A stretch of DNA of 64,000 nt, taken from positions 992,001 through 1,056,000 of the forward strand of contig CBDBDQ010000005.1 of assembly GCA_965203905.1 (NCBI GenBank), read 5' to 3'. The notes below the pieces were generated by a model. It did no database searches. It worked only from the letters and a program-made list of their open reading frames with translations, and was not told the DNA's origin. The stretch is from Spirochaetia bacterium (GTDB lineage Bacteria; Spirochaetota; Spirochaetia; SZUA-6; Bin103). How positions within the stretch are numbered: position 1 is the stretch's first letter; each line of letters begins with the position of its first letter. A program made the position numbers and the translations under genes. This document shows, in pieces, positions 29,816 to 40,372 of this stretch.

Positions 29816-31261
29816 TCAACCGTCGCCGAGCACGGCGCGGCTGGCGATGTAACGTCTCTTGGGATCATGCGGCCCGGTCCCTACCTCGCGCACGAGTCCG
29901 CGAGACACCAGTTTGACCAGACGAGTCCGTGTCGCCCGCGGAGTGAGGCCCACCGCCTTGGCGATCTCGCCGGTGCCGTGCTCGGCGCCACTCTCCAGCA
30001 GGGCGAGGATCAACTGATCCGTGCCGTCGACGACGTATCCGGTTTCGGTGCCGACAAGTTCGACGCCTGCAGCCGGCGGGCCGTCGTAACGCTCCGCGAC
30101 TCCCGCGTTGGTTGCTGCGCTTGCTCCGGTGTAGATGGTGACGCGCAGACGCAGGCCAACCTCCTCCCATACGGGGGGAGCGAGACCTGCCTCACGGCAT
30201 GTCGCCATCATTCGCTGGACTCCACTGCCCCACTGCTCGACCAGGCCGAGTTCATGAAACACCCGGCCGATGGTGCGGTTGCGGAGCCTGGAGATGCCCT
30301 GGGGCAGATCGTCGAGCGTCAACCCGAACGGAAGCAGGCCGGGATTCTCTACCTCGATCCGATCGTCGAATATGGCGAGCCTGATCGGCGCCCCACGTTG
30401 CGAATAGTCCGCATGCACGACCGCGTTGACGATCGCTTCGCGGATGGCCACGATTGGCACGCTCCACTGGTCCTGGCGCCGGACCTGGCCGATCTTGACG
30501 CCGCGCAGTGCATGTTTCTGCACGAAGGCCACCGCGTCTTCCACCGCTTGCACCGGTGGTGTCTTGATATCCAGGTGGTCGGCGATGGTTGCCTTGTCGG
30601 CGCCGGCGAAGCGGCCGGCCTGGATCCAGGCATCGGGAAAGTGCGCAAGGCGATCGGTCCCGAACAGCAGGATCCCGCCGACCGTCGGCACCAGCCGTCC
30701 CTGGTGAAGAGTGAGGAGCCTGAGCGTTCGGAGATTGCCCCGCGTCAGTGTGAGCGCCGGGGCGAATGACTCGGAAGCAACTCGGAAGTCGACCGCTTCC
30801 GAGTCGAGCACCGGCAACGGTCCCTCGTCGAACGACTCGCCGGTGGCAAAACGGCGCATCTCGGCAACCAGTGCCGCATCGGCCAGCCGGTTGGAGGATC
30901 CGACCCTTGCGTACGTGCCGCGGTGCAGCCCTTGGCGCGCGATATGGTGTGGCCGCGCGGGGCTCGGGAATACTTCTACCGCCAAGACGTGGGTGTTGCG
31001 GTAGCTCAGCAGCTCGACGTCCGGAACGAGCCGGGGCTTGATCGAATCGCTGATCAGGTTGACCACCCGTTCCCCCAGATCGAGAGGGTCGCTTACCCCA
31101 CGAATGTGCCTGGTGCGATCCTCGACGCCGATGAGAATGATCCCGCCTGCGGTATTGGCGAAGGCGACGACGGTGCGGAGGAACCCGGCGGGCGATGAGA
31201 GATCGCGCTTGAACTCCAGGTTCTTCCCCTCGGTCCGGCGCAGGATCTCGGCGAGCTTCAT
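29816..31261 (-). CDS. AlbA_2 + HATPase(RecG-C-like) + wHTH ATP-binding regulator, intact
   Basis: EGKNLEFK..AFANTAGG..GVED, REAIVNAVVHADYS, IFDDRIEVENPG, RNRTIGRVF, EQWGSG, C-terminal HTH. Confidence 0.88.
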   Translation of the reverse strand: MKLAEILRRTEGKNLEFKRDLSSPAGFLRTVVAFANTAGGIILIGVEDRTRHIRGVSDPLDLGERVVNLISDSIKPRLVPDVELLSYRNTHVLAVEVFPSPARPHHIARQGLHRGTYARVGSSNRLADAALVAEMRRFATGESFDEGPLPVLDSEAVDFRVASESFAPALTLTRGNLRTLRLLTLHQGRLVPTVGGILLFGTDRLAHFPDAWIQAGRFAGADKATIADHLDIKTPPVQAVEDAVAFVQKHALRGVKIGQVRRQDQWSVPIVAIREAIVNAVVHADYSQRGAPIRLAIFDDRIEVENPGLLPFGLTLDDLPQGISRLRNRTIGRVFHELGLVEQWGSGVQRMMATCREAGLAPPVWEEVGLRLRVTIYTGASAATNAGVAERYDGPPAAGVELVGTETGYVVDGTDQLILALLESGAEHGTGEIAKAVGLTPRATRTRLVKLVSRGLVREVGTGPHDPKRRYIASRAVLGDG

Positions 31262-31380
31262 AACTCGGAAGTGTACTCGGAACTTGCGCTCGGCGCTACG
31301 CTTCCGAGTTGTCCCGGCGCCAGCGCAGAACCGACTCGGAAGCAACTCGGAAGTCGACCGCTTCCGAGTCCAGTTCCGAG
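31262..31380. repeat. ACTCGGAA/TTCCGAG repeat array including a 38-bp exact copy of intragenic 30768..30805
   Basis: GACTCGGAAGCAACTCGGAAGTCGACCGCTTCCGAGTC at both 30768-30805 and 31333-31370, plus further ACTCGGAA units at 31263 and 31275. Confidence 0.85.
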
Positions 31381-31453
31381 CTTTCGCCGCTGGCGGCAGC
31401 AGCGGGAGCGGCGCGACGGAGCCGGGCTCGCTGTCCGTTGACGCTAGCCCGGG

Positions 31454-32659
31454 CTAACCGTTGGCTGCCGGAATCGAGGGGATCGTTACCTCCGGGTCGG
31501 CGTCGGCAGCGTAGTCGACACCCGGAAGGCCGAAGCCGAACAGGCGCAGGAAGTCGCCGCGGTAGCCTTCGAGGTCGGCCAGTTCCGCGACCCGGTCGGC
31601 GCCACCGCCATCCGCAAACGCGGCGAAGCGGCGCTCCACCTCCTGCTGCACGTCCGGATCCATCTCCCAGTCGTCGATGCGGACCCGGTCCTCGTCGTCG
31701 GTGGGGATGGAATCGCCCGCGTAGAGACGGCCGGCGAACAGGCGGTAGATCTGCTCGATCGCGCCCTCGTGCGAGCCGCGCTCCTTCATCACCCGGAACA
31801 GCAGCATCAGATAGAGCGGGATCACCGGGATGGCGGCGCTCGCCTGGGTGACCAGCGCCTTGTTGACCGAAACCAGCGTGCGTGCCGGCAACTCCCGATC
31901 CAGCTCCAGGGCGGTGCGCTCCAGGTGCTGCTTGGCGCGGCCGATGGTGCCCTCGCGGTAGATCGCGTAGGTGTAGGTGGGGCCGGCGTAGGTGTAGGCG
32001 AGGTTGCGGCAGCCGGGCGCCAGCAGTCCGGCGCCATGCAGGGCGTTGCTCCAGCGGTGCCAGTCGTCGCCGCCCATCACCTCCACCGTGGCGCTGATCT
32101 CGGCCTCGTCGGCGGGCTCGATCTGCACGCCGGAGACGGCGCCGCTCTGCGGATCGATGGTGGTGCCGGAGTAGCGCTTGCCGATCGGCTTGAGGACGCT
32201 GTTGAAGGTCTCCCCCGAGTCGGGGTGAATGCGCCGCGGCGACGCCAAGCTGTAGACCACCAGGTCGACCTGCCCGAGTTCCCGCGCCACCAGCTCGAGC
32301 GTCTGCTCGCGGATCTCGTTGGAGAAGGCGTCGCCGTTGACGCTCCAGGCGCCGCGCCCGGCGGCGCCGGCGGCGCGTTCGAAGGCGGCGCTGTTGTACC
32401 AGCCCGCCGACGCGGTCCGGCGCCGGGCGGCCGGCCGCTCGAAGAACACCCCCACGGTGTCGGCGCCGCAGCCGAAGGCGGCCACGATGCGCGAGGCCAA
32501 GCCGTAACCGGTGGAGGCGCCGATCACCAGCACGCGCCGCGGCCCGTCGACCGCTCCCTGGCGCCGCACGTAGTCGATCTGCTCCGCCACGTGGGCGGCG
32601 CAGCCGTCGGGATGTGCGGTCATGCAGATGAAGCCGCGAATCCTCGGTTCAATAATCAT
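31454..32659 (-). CDS. fabV: trans-2-enoyl-CoA/enoyl-ACP reductase FabV (Ter)
   Basis: [51 protein letters not shown]. Confidence 0.95.
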   Translation of the reverse strand: MIIEPRIRGFICMTAHPDGCAAHVAEQIDYVRRQGAVDGPRRVLVIGASTGYGLASRIVAAFGCGADTVGVFFERPAARRRTASAGWYNSAAFERAAGAAGRGAWSVNGDAFSNEIREQTLELVARELGQVDLVVYSLASPRRIHPDSGETFNSVLKPIGKRYSGTTIDPQSGAVSGVQIEPADEAEISATVEVMGGDDWHRWSNALHGAGLLAPGCRNLAYTYAGPTYTYAIYREGTIGRAKQHLERTALELDRELPARTLVSVNKALVTQASAAIPVIPLYLMLLFRVMKERGSHEGAIEQIYRLFAGRLYAGDSIPTDDEDRVRIDDWEMDPDVQQEVERRFAAFADGGGADRVAELADLEGYRGDFLRLFGFGLPGVDYAADADPEVTIPSIPAANG

Positions 32660-32707
32660 CTCGGTGCGTTCCGCGCCGCGCACTGTAGGAGAACGCGTCC
32701 GCCGCTG

Positions 32708-33007
32708 TCAAATCGCCTCGGGAGATTGCTGAGATTGCTCTGCAAGGAATGTTCGGCAGTTCGTGCGCGAGGGACCAGCGCCGATGGTGTCGCAGATCGC
32801 CTGCACTTCGGCGCGGATTCGCGCCAGGCTCGCGGCACGGCTGCCATCGACATTCCACTCGCGGAGCTCAGTTTCCACGCGGCGCATGGAACCGACGGTA
32901 CGTTGAAAGAACGCATCCCGCGCCGCGCTCACCTCGCGGAACAGGGCGATGACCGCGTCTTCGACGTGCGCCTCGGCGTCGGGCGTCAACTGCATGAGCA
33001 TGCGCAC
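32708..33007 (-). CDS. Small hypothetical helical protein
   Basis: 99-aa ORF with protein-like composition filling the fabV-trpB2 gap. Confidence 0.45.
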   Translation of the reverse strand: MRMLMQLTPDAEAHVEDAVIALFREVSAARDAFFQRTVGSMRRVETELREWNVDGSRAASLARIRAEVQAICDTIGAGPSRTNCRTFLAEQSQQSPEAI

Positions 33008-33139
33008 GTAGGCCGTGCCCCGCTCGAACCGGGTCGCCGTGCCGCGGGCTTCCTGCCAGGCTCGCTCCGTCCAGGACAGCGGTTGGCTGGGCGGTGGCGG
33101 GCGCGTACGCTACACTGCGCGCCGACGAGGAGTACGCCG

Positions 33140-34501
33140 ATGGAGCCCGTTCGGTACGATCTGCCGCAATCCGAGATTCCCGCCGCCTGGTACAACGTGC
33201 AGGCCGACCTGCCGGAGCCGCTGCCGCCGGTGATCCATCCCGGACGTATGGACCCGGTCGGCCCCGACGACCTCGCCCCGCTGTTCGCCATGGAGCTGAT
33301 CAAGCAGGAGGTGAGCCGGGAGCGGGAGATTCCGATTCCGGAGCCCGTGCGCGAGATCTATCGCCTGTGGCGACCGACACCGCTGATCCGGGCGCGCCGG
33401 CTGGAGCAGGAACTCGATACGCCGGCCCACCTGTACTACAAGTACGAGGGCGTGTCGCCGGTCGGCTCGCACAAGCCCAACACCGCCGTGGCACAGGCGT
33501 TCTACAACCGCGAGGAGGGGGTGACGCAGCTCACCACCGAGACCGGTGCCGGCCAGTGGGGCAGCGCGCTGGCGATGGCGGGCGCGTTTCTCGGCGTCTC
33601 GTGCGAAGTGTACATGGTGCGCGTCTCCTACGACGGCAAGCCGTACCGCCGCTCTATGATGGAGGCGTACGGTGCGTCGGTGACCGCCAGTCCATCTGCC
33701 GGCACCAACGCGGGCCGCCAGATCCTGGCGGGCGATCCCGACTCGCCCGGATCGCTCGGCGTCGCCATCTCCGAGGCGGTGGAGGCGACGGCTACCAGCG
33801 GCGGCAGCAAGAAGTACTGCCTCGGCTCCGTGCTCAATCACGTGCTGCTGCACCAGACGGTGATCGGGCGCGAGGCGCAGCTCCAGTTCGAGCGCGCCGG
33901 CGAGTACCCCGACGTCATGATCGGCTGCGTCGGCGGCGGATCCTCGTTCGGGGGCTTCATCTTTCCGTTCCTGCCGGCCAGGCTGGGCGGCGAGCACAAC
34001 ACCCGCTTCGTGGCGGTCGAGCCGCAGGCCGCGCCCAGCCTGACCGGCGGCCAGTACCGGTACGACTTCGGTGACGCCGCGGCCACCACCCCGCTGATCA
34101 AGATGTACACCCTCGGCCACTCCTTCATCCCGGCTCCGATCCACGCCGGCGGCCTGCGCTACCACGGCATGGCACCCCTGATCTGCCACCTGTGCGACCT
34201 GGGGCTGATCGAGGGTGTCGCCGTACCGCAGGTACCGGTGTTCGAGGCCGCGCAGCTCTTCGCTCGTACCGAGGGAATCGTGCCGGCGCCGGAGCCCGCC
34301 CACGCCATCCGCGTCGCCATCGACGAGGCACTGCAGTGCCGGGAGACGGGGGAGAAGAGAGTGATCGCCTTCAACCTGTGCGGCCATGGCCACTTCGACA
34401 TGCAGGCCTACCGTGCGTTTCTGGACGGACAGCTGGTCAACTACGCTTATCCGCAGGAGAAGGTCACCGCCGCCCTCGCCGAGCTGCCCGTGGTCGGCTG
34501 A
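33140..34501 (+). CDS. trpB2: TrpB2-type tryptophan synthase beta / PLP enzyme
   Basis: [46 protein letters not shown]. Confidence 0.93.
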   Translation: MEPVRYDLPQSEIPAAWYNVQADLPEPLPPVIHPGRMDPVGPDDLAPLFAMELIKQEVSREREIPIPEPVREIYRLWRPTPLIRARRLEQELDTPAHLYYKYEGVSPVGSHKPNTAVAQAFYNREEGVTQLTTETGAGQWGSALAMAGAFLGVSCEVYMVRVSYDGKPYRRSMMEAYGASVTASPSAGTNAGRQILAGDPDSPGSLGVAISEAVEATATSGGSKKYCLGSVLNHVLLHQTVIGREAQLQFERAGEYPDVMIGCVGGGSSFGGFIFPFLPARLGGEHNTRFVAVEPQAAPSLTGGQYRYDFGDAAATTPLIKMYTLGHSFIPAPIHAGGLRYHGMAPLICHLCDLGLIEGVAVPQVPVFEAAQLFARTEGIVPAPEPAHAIRVAIDEALQCRETGEKRVIAFNLCGHGHFDMQAYRAFLDGQLVNYAYPQEKVTAALAELPVVG

Positions 34502-34592
34502 TCGCCGCGCTACCCGCGATCCGGGGCCGCGCCCTGCGCGGGCGGCGGTCAAGGCGGGAACGGTGACCCGCGGGACGGGCCCGGTGAAGCGG

Positions 34593-35321
34593 TCAGATGC
34601 CGAGCGCGTCGCTGCGCCGCAGGAGGCTGGCCGCGTGCGGCTGCGAGGCGAGGTAGTAGTGGGCGGTGAGGAGCAGCCGCTGCGCCGCCGTGGGTCGCCA
34701 GTGTGACGCCTCGCGCGGCAGGCGCTCGCGCAGGTGGGCCAGCACCACCGCGGCGGCGACGCTGACGTTCAAGCTGCGGCTGAACCCGTGCATCGGCACG
34801 CTGACCAGGTCGTCGGCCTCCGCGGCCAGGAGCTCGCTTACGCCGCGGTGCTCGTTGCCGAAGGCGACGGCCAGCGGCGTGCTCAGATCGAGATCCGCCA
34901 GCGGGATGCTGCGCCCGCCCGGCACGGTGGCGGCGATGCGATAGCCGGCGGCGCGCAGGCCGGCCAGGCAGGCGGTCGAACTCTCCCACCAACGGGTCAG
35001 CAGCCACTTCTCGGCTCCCTGCGTCACCCGGTTGGGGGGCCGCTCCTGCTCCGCGGCGGCGGCCGGCACTAGGTGGACGCCGCCGAACCCCAGCCCCTCC
35101 GCGCTGCGCAGCACCGCGGCGACGTTGCCGGCGTCGGCGACCTGCTCCAGGACCGGCGCCACCGCGAAGGTGCGCTGCGCTACCACCTGCTCGATTCGCC
35201 TCCGGCGCTCGGGGGTGAGGGTGGGACCCAAGGCTGCCACCACCTGTGCCGCCGGGACCGGGCAGCCGGCTACCGACAGAGGATCGCCGAGGGGAAACGG
35301 CCACGGCGCGGCGCGCGTCAT
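34593..35321 (-). CDS. trmH: TrmH/SpoU family tRNA 2'-O-methyltransferase
   Basis: GNVAAVLRSAE, AEKWL, FGNEHRGVS, VPMHGFSRSLNVSVA. Confidence 0.85.
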   Translation of the reverse strand: MTRAAPWPFPLGDPLSVAGCPVPAAQVVAALGPTLTPERRRRIEQVVAQRTFAVAPVLEQVADAGNVAAVLRSAEGLGFGGVHLVPAAAAEQERPPNRVTQGAEKWLLTRWWESSTACLAGLRAAGYRIAATVPGGRSIPLADLDLSTPLAVAFGNEHRGVSELLAAEADDLVSVPMHGFSRSLNVSVAAAVVLAHLRERLPREASHWRPTAAQRLLLTAHYYLASQPHAASLLRRSDALGI

Positions 35322-35326
35322 TCCGG

Positions 35327-36364
35327 TCAATGCCCCGCGCCGCCGGCTTCCGCTCCGGGCCCGGTTCCGGGCTCGTGATCGTCGAGACGGGTGATCTCGT
35401 CCTGCGGAAAGGCGGGCAGCGGACGGCTCCCGGACGCGGTACGCAGGGTGACGCCGCGGCCGGCGGCTGCCTCGCCGATGATGGCGGCTGCAATGCCGGC
35501 GTCGTGCAGCGCCGGCAACGCGCGGTGCGCCTCGCCGGGAGCGGCGCTGAACAGGAGCGCTCCCGAGGCCAGCAGGCCGAGTGGATCGAGGCTCAGAGCG
35601 CGACACACGCGCCGCGTCGCCTCGCGGACCGGCAGCGCCGCTGCCGCCACCTCGATGGCGACCCCGGAGCAGGATGCAAGTTCGTGCAGGCCCTGGGCCA
35701 CGCCGCCCTCGGTCGGGTCGTGGGCGGCGTGGATCGCGAACGCACGCAGTACGCGGCCCTCGGCCACTACGCTGATGCCCGGCTCCTCGAGCCAGCCCGC
35801 AGCGGTGGCGTGCTCGGCGCCGAACAGGGCGGGCGCATCGGCCCGCTCGCGGGCGAGCACAGTGGTACCCTCCAGGGCCACCCACTTGGTCAGCACGATG
35901 GCATCTCCCGGTCGCACCCGTGCGCTCGACCACGGCTCTCCGGCGACCACGCCCACCGCGGCCCCGGCCACCACCGGTCGCGTCACCGCGCCGGTGACCT
36001 CGGTGTGGCCCCCGACCCAGGCGATCCCGGAGGCCGTGGCGGCCGCGGCGAGTTCCGCGAACAGCGCCGCCAGTGCGGCGCGGGTGGTGCCCGGCGGCAG
36101 CAGCAGGGTGGTGGTGAGGTAGCGCGGCACGGCGCCCATTGCCACCAGATCGTTGCAGTTGACCGCCACCGCGTAGCGTCCGATGTCGCTGCCGGCAAGC
36201 GTGATCGGATCGCCGGTCAGCGCCAGCCGCGCCGCGCCGGCCACTACCGCCGCGTCCTCGCCAAGCGCGGCGCCGATCATCACCCCCGCGGACACCGAGC
36301 CAGCGGGCAGCAGGCCGGCGAGCAGCTCGCCATCGATCTTGCCCTCCGGCAAGGTCCGCTCCAT
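35327..36364 (-). CDS. AIR synthase/HypE-like (PurM family) protein
   Basis: GEDAAV, DPIT, NDLVAMGA, GGHTEV, AHDPTEGG. Confidence 0.85.
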   Translation of the reverse strand: MERTLPEGKIDGELLAGLLPAGSVSAGVMIGAALGEDAAVVAGAARLALTGDPITLAGSDIGRYAVAVNCNDLVAMGAVPRYLTTTLLLPPGTTRAALAALFAELAAAATASGIAWVGGHTEVTGAVTRPVVAGAAVGVVAGEPWSSARVRPGDAIVLTKWVALEGTTVLARERADAPALFGAEHATAAGWLEEPGISVVAEGRVLRAFAIHAAHDPTEGGVAQGLHELASCSGVAIEVAAAALPVREATRRVCRALSLDPLGLLASGALLFSAAPGEAHRALPALHDAGIAAAIIGEAAAGRGVTLRTASGSRPLPAFPQDEITRLDDHEPGTGPGAEAGGAGH

Positions 36365-36446
36365 GCGCTCATTGGCGGCACAATTCGCTCGCGACGCAAC
36401 CCGCTTCCTCAAAGCGGCGCCGAGCCGGCGCCGTCGTTGCATATAT

Positions 36447-38048
36447 ATGGAGCCAGACAGCCCCGACCCCATCACCCCCGATCCCCTGAACGCCCTGGCG
36501 CAGCGCCACCTGGGCATCTCCTACCTGTACCCCTACCAACGGTTGGTGATCTCGAACCTGCTGGAGGGTCGCAACCAGATCGTCGTGCTGCCGACCGGAT
36601 CCGGCAAGTCGGTGTGCTTCATGTTTCCCGCGGTGGTGCTGGAAGGGGTCACGCTGGTGGTGCTGCCCCTGCTGGCACTGCTGGAGGACCTGCACCGGCG
36701 CATGACCGGGGCCGGGCTGGAGGTGGCGGTGCTGCGCGGCCGCCAGAGCCGGGGTGAACGCGCCGCGGCGCTGGAGTGGATCGGCAGCCGCCGCGCGCGT
36801 CTGGTGTTGACCACGCCGGAGGCGGCGCTCGGCGAGCGGCTGCTGGCCGCGCTGGCGGCGGCCGCCACCATCGAGCACCTGGTGGTGGACGAAGCGCACT
36901 GCATCAGCCAGTGGGGCGACACCTTTCGCCCTGCCTACCTGCGCCTGGGCGAGCTGGTGGAGGCATTGCAGCCACGCCTGCTCACCGCCTTCACCGCCAC
37001 CGCCACGCCGCCGGTGCTGCGCCGCATGCGCGAGGTGCTGTTCCCCGACGGCGGCGCGCACCTGGTTGCCGGCAACCCCGACCGCCCCAACATCCGCTAC
37101 GCCGTGGCCCCCACCGCGGCCCCCCTGCGCCGGCTCACCGAGCTGGTGGCGACCTGCCCGCGGCCGCTGATCATGTTCGCCCGCAGCCGGCGCGGTGTGG
37201 AGGCGCTGTGCTGGCAACTCCGCCGCCGCCTGCCCGAGGTCGATTGCCGCTTCTACCACGCCGGCCTCAACGCGGCGGAGCGCAAGCGCCTGGAACGGTG
37301 GTTCCTGACCAGCGACGACGGTGCGCTGATGGCCACCTCGGCGTACGGCATGGGCGTGGACAAGCCCAACATCCGCACCGTGGTGCACCTGGAGCTGCCG
37401 GAATCGGTGGAAGCGTACCTGCAGGAGACCGGCCGCGCCGGGCGCGATGGCCAGCCGTCGCAGGCGATCCTGCTCGCCTACCAGCCGCACGGCGTCGCCG
37501 CTCCCGCCGTCGCGGCCGGGACACCGGCGCCGCCCGACGCAGCGCGGCAACTCGCGCTCCGCGGTTACGCGGCGAACTCCGGCACCTGCCGGCGGGCGCA
37601 ACTGTTGCGCTTCTTCCGCCGCGAGCAGGAGGAGTGCACCGGGTGCGACGTCTGCGACCGACAGGTGAGGGCACTGCCGGCGGTGGAACGGCGCCTGCTG
37701 CCGGTGCTGCGGCGCGGATCGCGGCGCTACACCGTGCGCCAATGGCGCCACATCCTGTGCGGCGGGCGGTCGCCGGTGATCGAGCGCGACGGCCTCTGGC
37801 GCGTGGCGGGATTCGGTCTGTTGGCCGACTGGCATCCCGACGAGGTGCAGGAGGCGTGCGCCGCCCTGCTGGCGGCCGGCCTGGCGCGGGTCCCCGCCCG
37901 CGGGCCGTGGCGCGGCCGCCTGATAGTTCGCAGACCGCGGCCGAAGTCACCGCCACCGGGGAATGCACCCACCGTGCCCTCCGTCCAATCGTTTGACATC
38001 GGTCGGCGTGCGTCGCTACAATCGGCCCACTCTGGCTCTTGTGAGTAA
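36447..38048 (+). CDS. recQ: RecQ family DNA helicase
   Basis: LPTGSGKS, VDEAHCISQWGDTFRP, TATAT, YHAG, GMGVDKPNIR, QETGRAGRDG, CRR..C..CDVC zinc domain. Confidence 0.9.
   Translation: MEPDSPDPITPDPLNALAQRHLGISYLYPYQRLVISNLLEGRNQIVVLPTGSGKSVCFMFPAVVLEGVTLVVLPLLALLEDLHRRMTGAGLEVAVLRGRQSRGERAAALEWIGSRRARLVLTTPEAALGERLLAALAAAATIEHLVVDEAHCISQWGDTFRPAYLRLGELVEALQPRLLTAFTATATPPVLRRMREVLFPDGGAHLVAGNPDRPNIRYAVAPTAAPLRRLTELVATCPRPLIMFARSRRGVEALCWQLRRRLPEVDCRFYHAGLNAAERKRLERWFLTSDDGALMATSAYGMGVDKPNIRTVVHLELPESVEAYLQETGRAGRDGQPSQAILLAYQPHGVAAPAVAAGTPAPPDAARQLALRGYAANSGTCRRAQLLRFFRREQEECTGCDVCDRQVRALPAVERRLLPVLRRGSRRYTVRQWRHILCGGRSPVIERDGLWRVAGFGLLADWHPDEVQEACAALLAAGLARVPARGPWRGRLIVRRPRPKSPPPGNAPTVPSVQSFDIGRRASLQSAHSGSCE
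37993..38022 (+). promoter_or_regulatory. sigma70-type promoter for the decarboxylase operon
   Basis: TTGACA-18 nt-TACAAT, about 75 nt upstream of the 38097 start. Confidence 0.65.
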
Positions 38049-38096
38049 CACGTACTTGCTTATGACATATCAATTTGCACTCGCCGGTGCAGGCCG

Positions 38097-39641
38097 TTGA
38101 GCGACGCTCTCGAACGACGCCGCGAGACGCGGCGGAAGATGCTCGAAGCCGGCGGGCAGGCGCGCGTCGACGCTCAGCACGCGAAGGGCAAGCTGACCGC
38201 GCGCGAGCGACTCGACCTGCTGCTCGACGAGCGTTCGTTCATCGAGCAGCAACCCTACGTCGCGGTACGCGCCACCGACTTCGGCCTCGACCGCCGCCGG
38301 ACGCTCGGCGACGGGGTAGTCACCGGCAGCGGCATGATGGACGGGCGGCAGGTGTTCGCCGCGGCCCAGGACTTTACCGTGAACGGCGGCTCGCTCGGCG
38401 AAATGCACGCCGCGCGCATCGTCGCCGCCCAGAACGACGCCCTCGCCAACCGCGTGCCGTTCATCCAGATCAACGACTCCGGCGGCGCGCGCATCCAGGA
38501 GGGCGTGCTGTCCCTGAACGGCTATGCGCAGATCTTTCGTGCCAACACCGCGTCCTCCGGCGTCATCCCGCAGATATCGGTGATTCTCGGGCCGTGCGCT
38601 GGCGGCGCGGTCTACTCGCCGGCGATCACCGACTTCATCTTCATGGTGGACGGGGTGAGCAACATGTTCATCACCGGGCCGCAGGTGATCGCCACCGTGA
38701 CCGGCGAGAAGATCAGCTCCGAGGACCTGGGCGGCTCGGCGGCGCACTGCAGCCGTAGCGGCGTGGCTCACTTCCGCTACGCCACCGAGCAGGACTGCCT
38801 GCAGGCCGTGCGCACGCTGCTCGGCTATCTGCCGGCGCACAACGGCGAGGACCCGCCCCTGCTGCCCGGCGCCGATGACGTCGACCGGCCGACGCCGGAG
38901 TTGCTCGACCTGGTGCCGGAGGACGCCCGCCGCGGCTACGACGTGAAACAGGTGATCACGGCGCTCGCCGACCAGGGCAGTTTTTTCGAGGTGCACGCGG
39001 AGTACGCGCCCAACGTGGTGGTGGGGTTCGCCCGGCTGGCGGGGCGCACCGTGGGCTTCTTCGCCAACCAGCCGCAGGTGTACGCCGCCTCCCTGGACAT
39101 CAACTCGTCCGACAAGGGAGCCCGCTTCCTGCGCTTCTGCGATGCCTTCAACGTCCCGATCATCTCCCTGGTGGACGTCCCCGGGTTCCTGCCGGGCGTG
39201 GCGCAGGAGCATGGCGGCATCATCCGCCACGGCGCCAAGATCCTGTTCGCCATCGCCGAGGCGACGGTGCCCAAGGTGGCGCTGATCCTGCGCAAGGCGT
39301 ACGGCGGAGCGTTCATCGCCATGGCCTGCAAGTCGCTCGGCTACGACCGTACGCTCGCGCTGCCGGGCGCCGAGGTGGCGGTGATGGGCGCCGAGGGGGC
39401 GGCCAACATCATATTCTCGCGTGACATCAAGGCCGCCGACGACCCCGCCGCGATGCGCAAGCAGAAGATCGCGGAGTTTCAGGAGAGCGTGATGAACCCC
39501 TACATCGCCGCCGGCCTCGGCTTCGTCGACGACGTGATCGACCCGGCGGCCGCCCGCGCCGAACTGGTGCGCTCCATCGAGATGTACTCCCGCAAGCGGG
39601 AATCGCGGCCGGCCAAGAAGCATGGCAACATCCCGCTGTAG
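38097..39641 (+). CDS. mmdA: Acyl-CoA carboxyltransferase (methylmalonyl-CoA decarboxylase alpha-like)
   Basis: GKLTARER, DSGGARIQEG, GPCAGGAVYSPA, DVPGFLPG, RKAYGGA, KKHGNIPL. Confidence 0.88.
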   Translation: MSDALERRRETRRKMLEAGGQARVDAQHAKGKLTARERLDLLLDERSFIEQQPYVAVRATDFGLDRRRTLGDGVVTGSGMMDGRQVFAAAQDFTVNGGSLGEMHAARIVAAQNDALANRVPFIQINDSGGARIQEGVLSLNGYAQIFRANTASSGVIPQISVILGPCAGGAVYSPAITDFIFMVDGVSNMFITGPQVIATVTGEKISSEDLGGSAAHCSRSGVAHFRYATEQDCLQAVRTLLGYLPAHNGEDPPLLPGADDVDRPTPELLDLVPEDARRGYDVKQVITALADQGSFFEVHAEYAPNVVVGFARLAGRTVGFFANQPQVYAASLDINSSDKGARFLRFCDAFNVPIISLVDVPGFLPGVAQEHGGIIRHGAKILFAIAEATVPKVALILRKAYGGAFIAMACKSLGYDRTLALPGAEVAVMGAEGAANIIFSRDIKAADDPAAMRKQKIAEFQESVMNPYIAAGLGFVDDVIDPAAARAELVRSIEMYSRKRESRPAKKHGNIPL

Positions 39642-39650
39642 CGCGCACTG

Positions 39651-39944
39651 ATGGAACCGACGCCAATCGCCTTCGCGGGCACCGTGACCATCCTCGGCAT
39701 GGGGGTGGTGTTTTTCTTCCTGGCACTTCTGAGTCTCGGCATGGTCGCGCTGCGCCGCGCGTACGGCGGTGACGACGCAGCGACCGTCCCGGTGCCCGTG
39801 GAGGATCCAGGCGTCCGCGCCGCGGCACCGGCGCGGCACGACGCGCACTGGGTGGCCGCGGCCGTGGCCGCCTGGCTGGCGCAGCAGGGCCAGTTCGACG
39901 AGGTGAGCGCGGCACCGTGGGACCCGACGCGGAGGCGCCGGTGA
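39651..39944 (+). CDS. OadG/MmdD-like membrane anchor subunit
   Basis: TILGMGVVFFFL TM helix, VAAAVAA segment, operon position. Confidence 0.75.
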   Translation: MEPTPIAFAGTVTILGMGVVFFFLALLSLGMVALRRAYGGDDAATVPVPVEDPGVRAAAPARHDAHWVAAAVAAWLAQQGQFDEVSAAPWDPTRRRR

Positions 39945-40369
39945 AGCAGCAGGTCAGGTTCGAGTACGAGGGCCGCTCGTACACCGTCGAGGTGGAGCGC
40001 CGCGGCGACATCCTGGTGATCGAGAGCGACGGCCAGCAATACGAGGTGACGCTGAGTGGCGCCGTGCGGCCGCGCCCCGGGCCGGCGCCGGCAGCGGGGC
40101 CGGCCGCCGCAGCAGCGCCAACCGCAGCCCCGACTCCCGCCGGCGGCGCCGCCCCGGGCGACGTGGTGGCCCCGATGACCGGCACCATTCGTGAGGTGCG
40201 CACCTCGGTCGGCGCCGCGGTCACCGAAGGGCAGGTCCTGTTCGTCATGGAGGCGATGAAGATGGATCTCGAGGTGCCGGTGACAATCGCCGGGAGCGTC
40301 TCCGAGATCGCCGTGGCAGCGGGCGACAGCGTGGTCGAGGCACAGCTCCTCGCCCGCGTATCGGGTTAG
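39941..40369 (+). CDS. Biotin carboxyl carrier subunit (MmdC-like)
   Basis: Ala/Pro linker, APMTG, EAMKM biotinylation motif. Confidence 0.9.
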   Translation: MKQQVRFEYEGRSYTVEVERRGDILVIESDGQQYEVTLSGAVRPRPGPAPAAGPAAAAAPTAAPTPAGGAAPGDVVAPMTGTIREVRTSVGAAVTEGQVLFVMEAMKMDLEVPVTIAGSVSEIAVAAGDSVVEAQLLARVSG

Positions 40370-40372
40370 TAA

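Noticed and set aside
31769-33139. Apparent long N-terminal fusions in the ORF track (trpB2 910 aa, nadB 780 aa, SMC 1192 aa, fba 661 aa)
   Set aside because: The extensions overlap neighbouring real genes, and the true starts are downstream.
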